From: Marsupella aquatica
Taxonomy: Eukaryota > Plantae > Marchantiophyta
NCBI GenBank assembly: GCA_973895155.1
Contig: OZ316891.1
Coordinates: 5,365,708 to 5,429,707, forward strand
Direction: 5' to 3'
Length of the DNA: 64,000 bases
Shown here: piece by piece, positions 49,842 to 61,584 of the stretch
Position numbering within the stretch: the first letter of the stretch is position 1
How the letters are laid out: the number at the start of each line of letters is the position of its first letter
The notes under the pieces: model-generated
Seen by the model: only the letters and a program-made list of their open reading frames with translations
Database searches by the model: none
What the model was told of the DNA's origin: nothing
Program-made: the position numbers and the translations under genes

Positions 49842-52800
49842 TGTGATGCCTAGACAGGAATCACTCGGCCGGTTAAGTGGGTAAAGCAGGAAGGCACCCT
49901 AGGAACACCTTAGTATAGTGACAAAACAAGGAAAATATAAACAATTAGGGGCAACCATGGAACCCGGGCAGAGGCCGGAGGTAAGGCTGAGGGTGAAAAC
50001 CCGATTAGGGTTAGGGCGCGTTAAGCGTCGGCGGCTAGGAAGGATCAACGGGAAGAAGGACCGGCAGAGGAGAGGGGTAAGGAGCGCTTGCAGGAGATGG
50101 TGGCTCATTTGCGAGCACGAACTAGGCAGACGACTACGGGAGGCCAACTACTGTCAGCTGCTTAGGCAAGCACTCGGGGAGAGAGTAGATACCGACGATC
50201 AACCTAAGGAGGGTATGAGCAACGTCAATCAAGCGGCACATTTCTGGGGATGCCTGTTCGAACGGGCAACTGAGTACATCAAGACTTACGAGGACGAGGA
50301 GTCAGAAAGGGCAGCTCGAGAACGGCAGGAGCTCGCTCGATTGTGGGAGCTGCAGAAGACGGCTTTCTTAGGAGGCGAACTCATCAAGGACGAGTTCCTG
50401 TGGACGCCTACTTCCAATCAACTCGACGATCTTCTGTTTTGCAAAGACAGCGTCGTCGGCATCCGAGAGGCCATCAAGAACTGCAACGACATACACTGGG
50501 AATTAAAGGGTAGCACGGAAAGGTGGACCCGGGCAACGGTGCTAGGAGAAACCTCCACGGCAGCAGAGATGAAGAGGAAGGGAGCCGTCAACGATGAAGC
50601 CACCCCGGCAAAAAGAACAAGGTCGGCGGCACCAAAGAAGCCAGCCGAGCAGCAGAGCAGGAGGCAGGGAGAAGCCGAAGAGGAGGAGGTCGATCCCATC
50701 AAGGCCATTCCAACCAGGGATGACACCTGGAAGGGCTGGGCGGCAACCCTACCGGTGGAGGTGCAACTACATTTTGCACGGGAGGAGGATGCATGCTTTA
50801 CGGCCATGCAGACCAAGAAGTACCAAGGCTTCATGGCCGGATCCGGCTTGGAGGCCTTTGTAAGATTACCATGGCTGAAGCCGGAGGTACCGGAGTCAGA
50901 CCTATTAGAATTCGTGGGGTCATGGGAACCCGAGACCAATTGCACGAGGATATATGGGAAGGATTTCTATCTTACTCCCAAGGTGATTGCCGAAGTGTTT
51001 GGCTTGCCGATAGGCAATAAGACCAAAGTTGATACCAGGAAGACCTTGCCTGACAAGGAGTTCCGGTCGTTCCCCGGGCCATCAACGAAGAATGGTTTCT
51101 TCCGGAACACCTGCACCAACCCGCACATAGGAGAGATGATCGACTTCTTGCGGGTGACCATGCATTGTAACTTGCCGAGGGTAGAGATCGGCAAGGCACA
51201 GGTCTATCTGGCAGAAAGGCCAGACCCAAGCCGGGACTACAACGGGTACCTCCTCAACCAATTGAAGAAGATCTTAAAGGAGGAGCAGCAGGTAATCGGC
51301 ATGGGGAGCGTGTCGCGGCTTGGCTATCACATGCCGCTGTTGTGCCGGTATGCCAGAGGTCAGACTTTTGCCCCGGTACTTCCCCTGCAGGTAAGGGCAC
51401 CCGAGGAAGCTCCAACGCCGAGGCCGTTGGCTGAGAAGCCTCAACCACCTGTTAGTCCTACGATCGAGCAGGTGTTTAGGCCCAGGAAGGAAGACTTGCC
51501 GATGCAGCAACCAGGCATGCAGAGTCTGCTGAAACTACTGGAGAAAGAAAAGAGATTGGCATCGGCAAAAACAACGGCAACGGCAACAATGCAGGACACT
51601 ACTACAGAGGTAGGCCTACACCGGCTCACAAGAGAAAACCCCTTTGCTGGAGACAAGGAGAGAATCAGGCCGGAATCCAAGCCAGGTGTTCGAATGTACG
51701 TGGGAACCTCAAGCTCCGAATCTGAGGCAGAATTGCCTGAAGCTCCTACCAACGAAGAGGAGAGGGAGAAGCCGGACGTCCAAGAGGTAGAGGAGGCAGT
51801 GGAGGACTGCAGCCATGATAATTCCGGCTATGGGTCGGACCATCACGTTCCAGGAGTAAGGACCTGTGGCCGGTTTGTCCCCACACTTCCAAGGGTAGTG
51901 CGAGGGGACCCCAACCAGCAGAGTAGCCTGAGTCTCCCCCACCAGATGTTGCTCCCCCGAGCTTCGACGGCATAAAACAGACGGTGCAGGAATTTCAGGA
52001 GCGAATCAAGCAGGAGGAAGAGGCCGCCCTGGCTAAGGAAAAGGATTTACCAGGAGGAGATTGGCCGGAGGACATCAGGCGGCTAGCCGAAAAAGGAAGC
52101 AAACCTCTAGCCACGATTGAAGAGATCCGCAGGACGGCTTGGGAGCAGAGGCCACGATGGGCGATGCCGATCACTTCTACTTACTCCACCTACGCTAAGA
52201 ATAGAGCCATGGAGTATGGTGAGATGTGTGGGGAACTTGCGCTCGGCATCTTTGGAGAGGAGTTGGAGGTAGGACCCTTTTTCCATAGGGAGCAGTTGGA
52301 GAAGCACCAATTAGAAGAAGCGGTGGCTTTAGAGAGAAGCAAGAAGGACGAGGTCATTCGGCGGCTTAGGAGGATGGGAGCCGAGATTGAAGATCTAAGG
52401 GCGGCCAAGAAAGCCCAAGATGAACTGCGGATTAAACGACATGAGCTGAACATCATGCAGGGGCAGTTGAATGCCGCGCAGGCTGATAATCAGAATATCA
52501 AGGATAAACTGACTCAGACGCAGGAAGAGTTGGCCGACACGATCAAAGAAAGGGAAAAGTGGAAGCAAGAGCTGAAGAATACAGAGGAGGCCCACATAAC
52601 AGCCAACAGCCGGGCCATGGCGGAGACCCAAAGAAAGGAGTGAGCGTTGAAAGGGGAGCTCGAGAAAATCCGCGGAGCCCTTGAGCAGAAGGAGGTCGAG
52701 TTAGGGAAATCCTATCAAGGGATTATGGCGCTGCAGCAGGAGCTTGCGTCCCTGACGGCCAGCTTCAAGGCCGACCTAAGGGAGAAGGACGAGATGCTCG

Positions 52801-54470
52801 AACAGACTTACGCCAAGATGAACCAGATGGAGTCTGTCATCATTGCAGAGCTCGACAAGGAGCTAAGAGCAACCCAGGAGGAGAGGGCTACCTTGAAGAA
52901 GGAATTGGAGGAAGCCCACAGGGAGCAGGAGGAGGCCACAAACGAGCTGGAGGGGGCACGTAAGGACCTGGATGAAACCCAAGAGGAGTTGGAGGAAATC
53001 ACGAGGAAGATGGAGAACCTACAGCGGCGGGCCGACAACCAAACAGAGCGGCTGAAGAAACAAGCCGCAGTATTTAAATGCTTAGCTGCAGCAGGTCCAT
53101 CTCCCGTTGGGACAAACCAGTTACCAGGGGTGGTAATTGCCGAAGGACAAGCCGCGCCACCTGCACCAGTGCCGGAAGTAAGTGGGAAGGGACCAGCTGC
53201 CGAGCCACCAACGAAGAAGAAGCGGAAACCTTCAGGGTCAAGGAGTAATACGACTTCACAGGCCGTGGTGATCAAGGAGGTAGACCCAGCACCGACCCCA
53301 GACAGGGTCACGGCTAAGGATCCAACTACCCTAGGGGAAGGGGAGGCCGAAGCTGTGGGAGTGGCTGAAGCCGAAGCCGTGGGTATTGCCGAGGCCGGTG
53401 TCGAGGCTGAAGCCGAAGGTGGACCCAGTCAGGCCGATGGAGAGTTGACTCGGTCAAGGGCAGGTAATCTGTCAATAGGCGGGCCAACGGCAGTGGCTGA
53501 GGAGGAAGTATTGGGGGCGTCCATTGAGGATCCACCACCGGTGTCGTGACGGTGCAAGGGCGCCGTTCCTTTTAGGGAGGGCGGACGTGGAGGGAGGAGG
53601 CGTGAGTGGGCAGGGCGGGCACGGATCTCCACGTTTAGGATTAGGATCAGAACCAGGAGCGGCCCTGACACTTAGCTTAGTGGGATTGCGGTCCCACTGG
53701 TAGGAGCAACACTTGTGCTCCTGCCTTGCTGTACATAGGTAGATTCAGGCAAGTAGATTACTGTTAAGTAGATTAGGCTTACGATGCAAAGAATGGCAGA
53801 TCCACTACCAGGATAAGTACCTGGGCAGCGGGGAGCTCAGAGCCTCTTCTTTAGCAAGTTTTTAGTTTGCACCAGCCGGGCTGGGATCAAGTAGTACGAG
53901 AAGCTCTCGGTTAGTCATACAGTGACCCTTGTGTATATTCATGTTTCCTCATGCCTAAGAGCTGAATAGAGTTGGCCTCACGGCTTAGTTCGCAGAACTT
54001 GTGTATGAGATGTACTGTTTGTATGGCAAGTGCATGGTATGACTCAGTCAGAATGAGTCATTTTGCTATTTGTGTGTCGCATTAACTTGTGTGAAGAGTG
54101 CCCACATCAACAAAAGGAAGGAAAGTAAGCAGGGGAGTGAGAGTTGGATGTGTCGAGCTGAGAGAGGTCTTAGCGGCTTAACCAAGCCTATTGGGGATCA
54201 TTCCGGCGGCGGAATCCAAACATACCTAACAAGACGGAGGGGAAGACAGGGGAAGACAGGGGAAGGCCTATATTAGGCCGGCTACGTATCTCATGACCCG
54301 ATGAAGGATCTGTCCAGTATATGTGTGTAAAATGTTAATAGTAGTAGTAGAAGGTTAGCAGCGTCCCATGCCGCTAAGCCGCGGAAACGGCCTCGCCAAG
54401 CACGAAACCTGCGGGAATCGGCTTGAGCTGGGGGGTTTCTTGGGTTTAGGGAGCCATGGGACGCACCACA
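49842..54470 (+). mobile_element. TG...CA insertion Y (4629 bp) with a 5-bp TSD and no LTR pair; candidate gene-carrying solo LTR
   Basis: Begins tgtgatgc and ends gcaccaca (7/8 inverted); TSD GATAC at 49837-49841 and 54471-54475. Confidence 0.9.
49918..53549 (+). pseudogene. Element Y protein (~1200 aa): helical plant-retroelement accessory-type domain plus a long coiled coil; frameshifted, with in-frame stops
   Basis: ORFs 49918-51975, 51984-52643 and 52647-53549 (the last two share a frame across TGA); GLEAFVRLPW..LTPKVIAEVFGL..NGF; heptad E/K/L-rich region. Confidence 0.75.
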
Positions 54471-55643
54471 GATACTGAGTTGGAGAGGATGCTCAAGCTC
54501 ATTCTTCTTCTTACTCCTTTCCAACTGCTGTTTGAGTTCAGATACCTTCTTCTTGAGGAACTCATTCTCCTTCTCCAACTTCTTCTTATCTGTGGCATCA
54601 CTCATGGTGGAGATCTTCTCAAGAATCTGCCCTGGTTTCACTCCTAGCTTCTGCGAAATGTCGGTGATGACCTTCTCCATCACAGTGGTCTTCCTCTTCA
54701 CCTTCTGGAACGTGTCTGAGATGATCTGGAAATCAGCTAGGGTGTCTTGGGAGGCATGGCCGGGTGCATCCGGACATTCAGCCGGGTCGGAAAAGTCCGG
54801 GTCGAGGTTCCGGGCAGCAGACCGGGTCTTTCGAGGATTTGTCTCTGCTGGTTCCTCATCCTCACTGTCATCAGAGGTGGCCTGGGTGATATCTGGATCT
54901 GTCTCTCCATACTTGATGAAGTTGTACTTGGCCAATAGTAATTTCTTCTCCTCTCTAAACAAAACTCCTTCAAAGCTATATAGATGTACCAAGTAGCAGA
55001 AGAGGGGAGTAGGACTCTTGTTGGATAGGTTCTGTACCAACTTCCTTATCAAATCAAAGATAAGCTTAGTCCAGTTGACTTTTCTTTCTCCCTTGTAAGC
55101 AGCAACAATGGTAGAGCCAACTCCAACAGTAACTCTTCTTGGCTTCTCAGGGTACAGCAGGGGTAGCAGAAAGCTGAAGACTCGTCTCAGATCAGGATCC
55201 AAACATTTAGAAACATTGAACCCGTCCTTACTGTTGATGGCTCCTTTGAAGTAAGGAAGGATTAGGTTGACAGCTCTCCCCACTGGACCTTCTCCTTCAT
55301 CTTCCAATACAAAAGCTCCTGCAATCATCATCTGAGTCCATCGCTCAGGTCGGCCTCTGGAGGTATCCTTAAACTCAACCGGACACTCCTTGGATCGGAT
55401 CTCTCTGATCATATCTTCGCTCTGATAACTCCAAGGTAGCTCCATCAGAGACTCACAGCCCATCCTGAGCAAAGACTCCCTCAGTTTGACCTTCTCAGCT
55501 TCACTGTCCGGGATAGCTGGCCTCAGAATTTTCATGGCAATAGGGATCTCCTTTCTCTTTGATCATCTCACAGGGGCTTTAACTGGAGTAGGTGCAGGTG
55601 ATGTTGAGGTTGAATGCCCCTTAGAGACGCGAGAAGTGGACAT
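54471..55643 (-). pseudogene. N-terminal part of the element X protein (helical domain plus coiled coil)
   Basis: ATG at 55643, one in-frame TGA, then MKILRP..GCESLMELPW..DGFNVSKC..FLLPLLYPEKPRRVTV..VNW. Confidence 0.85.
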
Positions 55644-56221
55644 TCCGGCTGGATCCATCCCTTGCTCCATAGGACTTATCAAAGTAGCAAATGGATTCCC
55701 AATAAATGGCCTGCCTCCTCGTCGGCAAGCTCTACAATGCTGCGACTTTGGAATGGTAAATTGTTTCGGTGTCGACCAATGGTAGAAATGTCCGGGTCGA
55801 CCTGGCTACGGCGTTTCTGATCAACTGACAAGCGCTTCTGGAAACTTTGATCAAGATCCCGTCAATCAGAATTCAGGTGCATCGAACGTGGGGGAAAGAT
55901 AGACTCAAACGGGCCTGCAATGTGGATGTCCGGATTGACCTGGCCTTCCTTCTCATCACCGATGTATGCACGATCAGAACCTCTAACTTCCTGCCTTCAC
56001 TCCCAGCGGCGGAGTAGGCATTCCCCTCACAACAAATTAGTCAGTACCCTCATATCCAGGCTCTCATCAAGAAATTCAAGATTGGTCCTATAATCCAGAC
56101 CCAAGATCCTCTACCAAAAGGGTAGAGCCTCCTCACTCTACTGCTTTAACAGCCTAATGCGCTCGGGAACTCAAAACCTACTAAGTTCGGCTTTGAGAGG
56201 TGTGAGAGGCCGGATCGACTC

Positions 56222-56886
56222 CCCTGGGCCCCCAGCCTTTGTAAACTAAAGAGGTATACGTGCGTACACCCCCCTCCTTAGTACCCCTTATTATTTTTGG
56301 AAGCCTATAAAAATTTCTCTTGTTATTCTTAAAAACTTAATTTTGGAGAATAAATCTGCCCCTTTGAGATATTATAATTTCACATTTTACACCATTTATG
56401 AAAGCCTTGAAAAGTTATAAATTCATCATTTGCACACGGTTCTAAAACTGACGGGAGTGTTTTGGAAGGGTTTTGGGTACATACATTTTTGTGTTCGTGA
56501 CCCTTTAACCCCAAACTTCAACTTTGGGGCATTTTTGAACCACACGGCAGGGTAGTCAGGGTTCAAAAGCTCCAAAGTCCTAAACTACTCTGAATCATAG
56601 ATATTGCAAGCATAATTATATGTCATATACACATGTTCCAATAAAGGGTGGCCACAAGGACCAATCCTATTGTGACGCGTGTCACATCCATATTACATCA
56701 CCTCTTGAAGCATATTAACTTGGGCAACATTTATATAAGCCTATATTAGTTAGAAAGGGTTCTTTGAATAAAACCATCCCTTGATATTTCTAAGCCAATT
56801 ATAAAAATTAATCTCAAATCAGATTTTTTGCACCCTTCATCCGTTCGCACATCCAACCCATTATTAATAATGCTGGGGGCCCAGGG
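56222..56886. mobile_element. 665-bp MITE, copy B
   Basis: Perfect 15-bp TIR ccctgggcccccagc; TSD ATCGACTC; same family as 18954-19618. Confidence 0.95.
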
Positions 56887-57212
56887 ATCGACTCTCCTTC
56901 CTTATATCCGGATTCTGCTGTGGTCATGCCTGTGTTTGACTTATGGTTTTAAACACTTTGGCAATGGACAGCTGTTGTTGAGTAGAGTCTCGGTATAAGC
57001 TTTATATCTCATTCCAGGCTTATAACAAAAAGTTCCGGGTCGATCCTCCTTCTCTAATATCAATCCGGGTTGACCTCAGATGGGCTTGAAAGTCTCATAA
57101 CACTTCATAGTAGTCTTCAGGTCCCTCTTTAGCCTCATTTGAGATCTTAAACTTAAAAATTCGAAAATTTATGGCTAGTTAACCCTTCCTTCATAAACAT
57201 CCTTATCTCACA

Positions 57213-58028
57213 CTAATTATGAGTGCCAAATCACGATCAAAATATTGACAACATTTTCTCTTACAACAATTGTTTGTACTAATGTGTAGTATATCTTCCA
57301 CAGAAAGTGCTTTCTCCCTTTTTGAGACATCTATTCAAAGCTTTTTTCGGGATCTCACTTTAGTAACATAGGATCTCTTTTGACTCAAAGCGTCTTTCAG
57401 ATCTAACCCTTGATTCAAAAAATGGCACTCTAGACTTCTCCCACCAGGAGCAATTAACCTTCTGATTGGCCAAGGAACAAGACAGTCTTTGTACCTCAAA
57501 TGGTCCCTCCTAGCACCATCAACAAATTCCATAATGAGGATTCCAACGTGTGAGTCACCAAGCAGAGTCCCTTGTAGCACTGCTTCCAGATTAATTGTGC
57601 TAACCATTGCTATTGAGAAATTGATATTCTCCTCATCAAGGACCTTCACTGTCAATTCCTTCCAGTTACACTTTTGAATTATAATGTCTTCAAGGTTTCC
57701 TCCACCTTGTGCTCGACCATTATCATCATCGCTGTCGTCTACGCACCTGATCACTTCCTTCACTTGGCCACCACTTGATGCTAAAGGTAGTAGTTGAGAT
57801 TTATCCCAAGGCACATACGACCCTTCATGGAATACCATCTGACAATCTGAATTGTCTTTAGGTAAAACCTTGATCATCTTTACAAGAACTTGATTGGACC
57901 CTAGAACAAACTTCTCAACTGTCCTCAAAGGATCAACATTGATAATTACGCCTTTGGCAACCCCAAAGCTCCAATGCACAGTCCAACCCCTTCTCCGACC
58001 ACAATCCAATGTTTTGAAGAAACCATCC
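57213..58028 (-). pseudogene. Sola-like transposase C, 5' part with two Tnp1/En-Spm-like domains and NCCKRKCC
   Basis: VAKGVIINVDP..., LLGDSHVGILI..VPWPI; reading past one TGA gives TNNCCKRKCCQYFDRDLALII|RERYF, in frame with the 48319 side. Confidence 0.78.
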
Positions 58029-58755
58029 TGAATTAAGATATAAGACTATTATTATTTGAATAAATGTATTGGAAAATGATATAAACTTATTTACATAATC
58101 ACTAAACATAAACAAATACTCGAACATAAACATTCTTAGTTAATCATATTCCATAATGGTCTTCCTCCAAACGGCAATCTGTCATATCTAAGCTAAGTAT
58201 TGAATAATTATCTTGTACTCAACTAGTGATGTATCATACTAACTTCTGGATCATCCATAGAAACTTTTGGATGACGGAACACCGTTTTGCCAAATGTAAA
58301 TTAAATGGATTATCTTAATGGAATAAATGGATTATATTATTAGGGGTCATCAAAGCATCGAGAATCCAATTCACGGAACAGTGTTCCACAAAAAACATAC
58401 TTAGGTCATGCTTAATGTGATTTCAACTAGTGAACAATAGTCTATATAAGGATGGATGTGTTGCACGGAACGGTGTTTCGCCAAAAACCTAAATCTGTAA
58501 GTCAAGGATTGAAAACCAGTCCAAATGAACTGAATTTGACAATAAATTGACACCTGTCCATAATTTTAGCATAATAGAAAGAATGAAGGACATTTACTCT
58601 AGAGTCCAAACTCTTATTTTCCTTAATTAGAGATCATCTTGTCTTTTGACTCAAGGTCATCAGTTTGGGTGGATCTAATAATGGGCAAGAGTGCCATTAA
58701 TTATTAGATTGAACTATTCCCTCCTAAATAATGATCAGATCCTCTTCATTATTTA

Positions 58756-59267
58756 GGAGAAGAAGCGATTCATCAGCAGCGAACATGTTGCAGAATTCTG
58801 ATTTTGATTAGAGCTCGACTGTGGGTGGAGATCTAGAACAGCCAAGAATCGAAAGGAGGCAATCCTTCCAAAGTGGATATCATTTGATGATTTGGAGGAG
58901 AGAAGAAGCGATCCATCAGCAAAGAACATGTTTTAGAGTTATAGAATTGTAATCTATTTTGTTTGAGAGCTCGACTCTGGGCGGAGATCTAGAATTGACT
59001 AGAATCAAGATGATCGAGTAACGACAATCAAAGTCCGACATGGATCAGAAACCTACGAGGTTGTAATCAGGAGCTGCAATTGATTGAAGTGATAGACGGG
59101 TCTGTCAATTGTTTTATAGCTTGTTCCGTTTCCATAAGTGGATGTGGTCTGGTGATTTCGCGGAGAGAAGAAGCAAGCCGTCGGCAAAGAACGTGTTTCA
59201 GAGAGACAAAATTGTGATGTATTTTGTTTGAGAGCTCGACTGTGGGTGGAGATCTAGAACAACCAAG
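58756..59267. repeat. Three degenerate ~100-bp direct repeats upstream of transposase C
   Basis: gagaagaagc...agagctcgact(g/c)tggg(t/c)ggagatctagaa at ~58810, 58966 and 59231. Confidence 0.8.
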
Positions 59268-61544
59268 CAATTTATCACAATCTACTTCAGGTCAGTTTGT
59301 ATATTACTCTTTGAATGTTGTTGTTTTTCTACTCAAAGTTGTTTGTAGAACAAATAAGACGAGGAGTTATCCACTATCATCCTTAACCTCCAAATCAAAA
59401 GACCACATCCACTTCTGGAAAACAACACATTCAAGCTCAAAGCAACTGACAGAGCCTTTACTTCAATGAATTGCAGCTCCTGCTTACAACCTCACGAGCT
59501 TTCAATCCATCGCGGACTTTGATTGTTGCTTGGAAATACTCATCTCCAAGTAAGCAATCCTCTCTCCTAAACGAGCTCAGGTCTCCAATCTCTTGGCTCG
59601 CTCCACTCAAAAATGCTGTTCGCTTCAAATAATGAAACAAAAAGGGGGACGATGCGAGGTTAGGAAAACCGGAAACACTGTAAACCAATCCCGCTCTGTG
59701 TGACTCCAAAGTTTTGGGCTGATCGATTTGAATTTTAAATTTTGAACTGAGATGCTGATATCTTCAGTCACGATTGCCCAACTTTCATCATACTTACTCA
59801 GCCATGTTATAGTCGCTTCTTGAATATCGAGGCTGGAATGAAACAAATGCAAAAAAATGAATCGCAAGTAAAATAATTCACATTGACGTAGCTAACAAAT
59901 TTTATTATCAAATGAATATTTATATGAATCATTTAGCCCCTGCTTATTAACTAGCCAGGTGTGTAACTCTTTGTAAGAAGGCGAAGGGTTTATTCCTGAG
60001 AGCATCATTTTTGCTCATTCAGGTTTGCAACAAATAAAATATATTAAAAAATTATGGTTAATTGATCTTATAATCTCCTAGACCCAATTTGCCCGCCAAT
60101 TTGTGGGATTAGCAAAATAAATCCGCTCTTTTCTTCACTGTCTACCTTTGGAAATATTAAATATTAAATATCACAAAATTTTATGTAATTCACCCTATTT
60201 CTTATTTCTAACACTGGATTTTTATCTCCTCAATTTACTACTAACGGAGGACCATCAGATCTGGTGATTAGCCCCACTTGTTGAGAGAAAATACAACACT
60301 GTATACCACACACCAACAACCAGACATGCCTTACACCAACTCCTAAAATACACAGTTCACCTTTGTCATGGCTAGCTACGTCTACTCATAATCCCAATTT
60401 ATGGACCAAATGTATCCTCATTCAAGCAAAAATATTAAGCAACACTATAGGATGCCACAATCATGAAATTATTGTTCATGGTCATGGCTTTATTACTTAC
60501 CTTTGACCAGATTTTTAAAAATTTTGTGCCCTGCAAATTTGAATGAAGACCACTTTAAAAGTGGCGCAACTGTGTATTATAGGAGTTAATTTCCAAGGCA
60601 GAGAAAATACTCGCCATGTTTTTCACCAGACAATAACAAAGGGTTTAGGTGATGAGGCCCTAACAATTTGAAAAGGTTAGTCAGCTTAATCATGATATAT
60701 ATCACATCTTCTCTTTTACTGTCACTATGTCTAAATGAGTTGCATATACACCAGCCCTGAGTGGGCTTTATAATGGGTTCCAATGCTCCCTAAGTTCCAC
60801 TTTGAAACTCAAATAGACTAATGTGCAATCATCCATTTCATCACTGGTGCACACAACAAATTACAGTAAGTTAGTAGTTCTTCCATGATTGACCAGAGAA
60901 GAGACTCACTTTAATATTCAATCAGACTCAAAGGGATAAATATCCCTCACAACACAAATAAACAAAGTACTTGACATATGACACCCATGATATAGACCAC
61001 AAAACCCAGATAGTATAATACACTATACTATCACTCCAAATGGTGTGACAGAGGAGATAGATTGATGAGCTATTTAGAAAGGAGGTTTGTTGGTGTCTCC
61101 AAAAATTGTGATCCTTAGTTGTATCAGGGTTACTTGTGATTGCCCACATAGTTTTATGGACTAGAAAATTTTGAGATTGAAGCAACTTTTGAGGAGATAA
61201 AATACAGTCACTCTAATGAGCTAGACAGTGTTTTATATGCCCCACCATTACCTCAAGGCCCTTCAGCATGAAGGGAGCTAAATAGCTTTTGAAAGATCCT
61301 AGTCCTCAAGTAGAAAATGAGGGATTGAATTTCTCACCTGTGGCCATATCAACAAGGACATTTAACTCAAGCAAATGTGGACTCATACGTCATGGATTAA
61401 ACAATTATCAAGTAACTTGCAACTTCAAAATTGGATGAAGGGGCCTGAACTCTCGTGCTTTACAGAGAAACCCATTAATTTGAAGACAATTTCAGAATGC
61501 TTATAAACTGACAGACAAATATAAGAAGCCTCAATGTTTGACAG

Positions 61545-61584
61545 TAAACCCTAAACCCTAATTATAGTTAGGGTTTAGGGTTTA
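61545..61584. repeat. Inverted plant-telomere-type repeat
   Basis: taaaccctaaaccctaa-ttatag-ttagggtttagggttta; perfect 17-bp arms. Confidence 0.85.

Larger units (their letters stand above)
48320..57212 (-). mobile_element. TG...CA insertion X with a 5-bp TSD and no LTR pair (3.6 kb net of nested inserts); candidate gene-carrying solo LTR
   Basis: Begins tgtagcaagg and ends ccttatctcaca; TSD CTAAT at 48315-48319 and 57213-57217; excision restores the frame of transposase C. Confidence 0.9.

Noticed and set aside
52647-53549. Host SMC/myosin-like gene
   Set aside because: Generic coiled coil only, and it lies inside TSD-bounded element Y.
48320-57212. Intact Ty3/gypsy, Ginger or Polinton element
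   Set aside because: No RT, integrase, protease or polB motifs, no long TIRs, and no PBS or LTR pair seen.
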